A stretch of 64,000 nucleotides of DNA from Callorhinchus milii. Lineage: Eukaryota. Under the pieces are notes generated by a model, which made no database searches, was not told where the DNA came from, and saw only the letters and a list, made by a program, of their open reading frames with translations. The stretch is from contig NW_024704742.1 of the NCBI RefSeq assembly GCF_018977255.1, positions 124,622,001 through 124,686,000 on the forward strand, in the 5' to 3' direction. Positions 63,001 to 64,000 of this stretch are shown one piece after another (positions within the stretch are counted from its first letter, which is position 1; each line of letters opens with the position of its first letter). The position numbers were made by a program, and so were the translations under genes.

Positions 63001-63736
63001 ATTTTGTGGTAAATTTTAATCTGCAGATTGATAGGTATTGGGAAATATAGTGAAAATTAATTTATTACAGAAATAATAGCATGTCATGACACTGCAGAAG
63101 TTACTTGATCATGATTAAATAAACTGGCTGAGCTGATATCTGATATAAATGCAAGTTGTTGCTGACCTGGTGGGTAAAGGCACCACCGTCAGACCATCAT
63201 TCCTTATTGAGGAATTCCATTAAGAAATACTGAAAATTGGATGCTATTATTTGTCTGCAAAAATACACGGACACTATACTTTACAGCAAATCCTGTGAAA
63301 TACTGACTTTATCAAGTGCAAGGATCATTTTTATTAATTTACTTGTATATTGATAATTTCCTGACAGGCAGGGCACACAGACTTAAAACTGTTGGTTATT
63401 AAAAAAGTGTACTTACTTTATCTTAACAATGAAGTGAAAGACTTTGAAAGTTCTTTCATAAATGAGATAAAATGTTTCGCTTCATTGACAACTTTTGATT
63501 TAAAGATAAGATCCTAAGAATTTTTAGTAACAGCTAAAGGCTATCTGACCTAAAAAAACAGATCTCTTTTTTTGACTGCGTTCAGCTCCACAATTCTGCC
63601 TTCTGACCAAATCCCTCAATCCCTTCTCCCTCCAGAAACAACTAGTTACCTCTCGAGCCCACTTATACTATACCCTTCAATGGCTTTATTGGGAATGTAA
63701 ACATGTTCCACCTGAATTCCTTTCTTACTGCAAGCA

Positions 63737-64000
63737 TAATAATAATAATAATCCTTGCATTTGATATAGCGCTTTTTACATCTTCTAGACGTCTCAAAGC
63801 GCTTCACAGAATATGCTGTAAAGTGAATTAACCGTATATTTTGGGAGAAACACGGCAGCCAATTGCGTACAGCAGTGTCCAACAAAGTTGTGGATTGAAA
63901 ATGACCAATTTATTATTGTTTTGTTTTTTGGAGGGATTATTATTAGGCGTGTGGAGTAAGGAAACTTGCCCAAGGTTTCGCCCTGCCTGGAATTGAACCC
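63737..64000 (-). mobile_element. SINE, short subfamily, runs off window end
   Basis: Tail, core and B box. Confidence 0.9.

Noticed and set aside
55628..64000. ITGA2 exons 1-3; donor-like sites near 61431, 63411 and 63648
   Set aside because: None translate to the expected LLVGSPW...GDVYKC or FGY segments; the exons probably lie beyond the window

Overview
Vertebrate genomic DNA, intron-rich and full of retroelements. The repeat content (tRNA-headed Deu-domain SINEs, L2 and CR1 LINEs) suggests a cartilaginous fish, possibly a holocephalan; this is inferred, not proven. Two genes face each other tail to tail. (1) MOCS2 on the + strand: the last three MOCS2B coding exons (8670-8823, 9651-9774, 11178-11252). 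The upstream exons, including the MOCS2A ORF, were not found in the window. (2) ITGA2 (integrin alpha-2) on the - strand: 27 coding exons (orthologous to human exons 4-30) from 55627 down to the stop at 14694. They splice into one open frame of 3281 nt covering the beta-propeller, alphaI domain with MIDAS and alphaC helix, thigh/calf domains, TM helix and GFFKR tail. One intron needs a GC donor. Between the two genes are a near-consensus CTCF motif and back-to-back poly(A) signals. The introns hold L2 and CR1 fragments, three layers of SINEs that share a covarying 3' stem-loop with L2, a probable solo LTR, MITEs, nested insertions and a candidate SINE-L2 chimera. I found no convincing wholly new biological system. 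Human comparisons are from recalled sequences and need alignment. Repeat boundaries are approximate.
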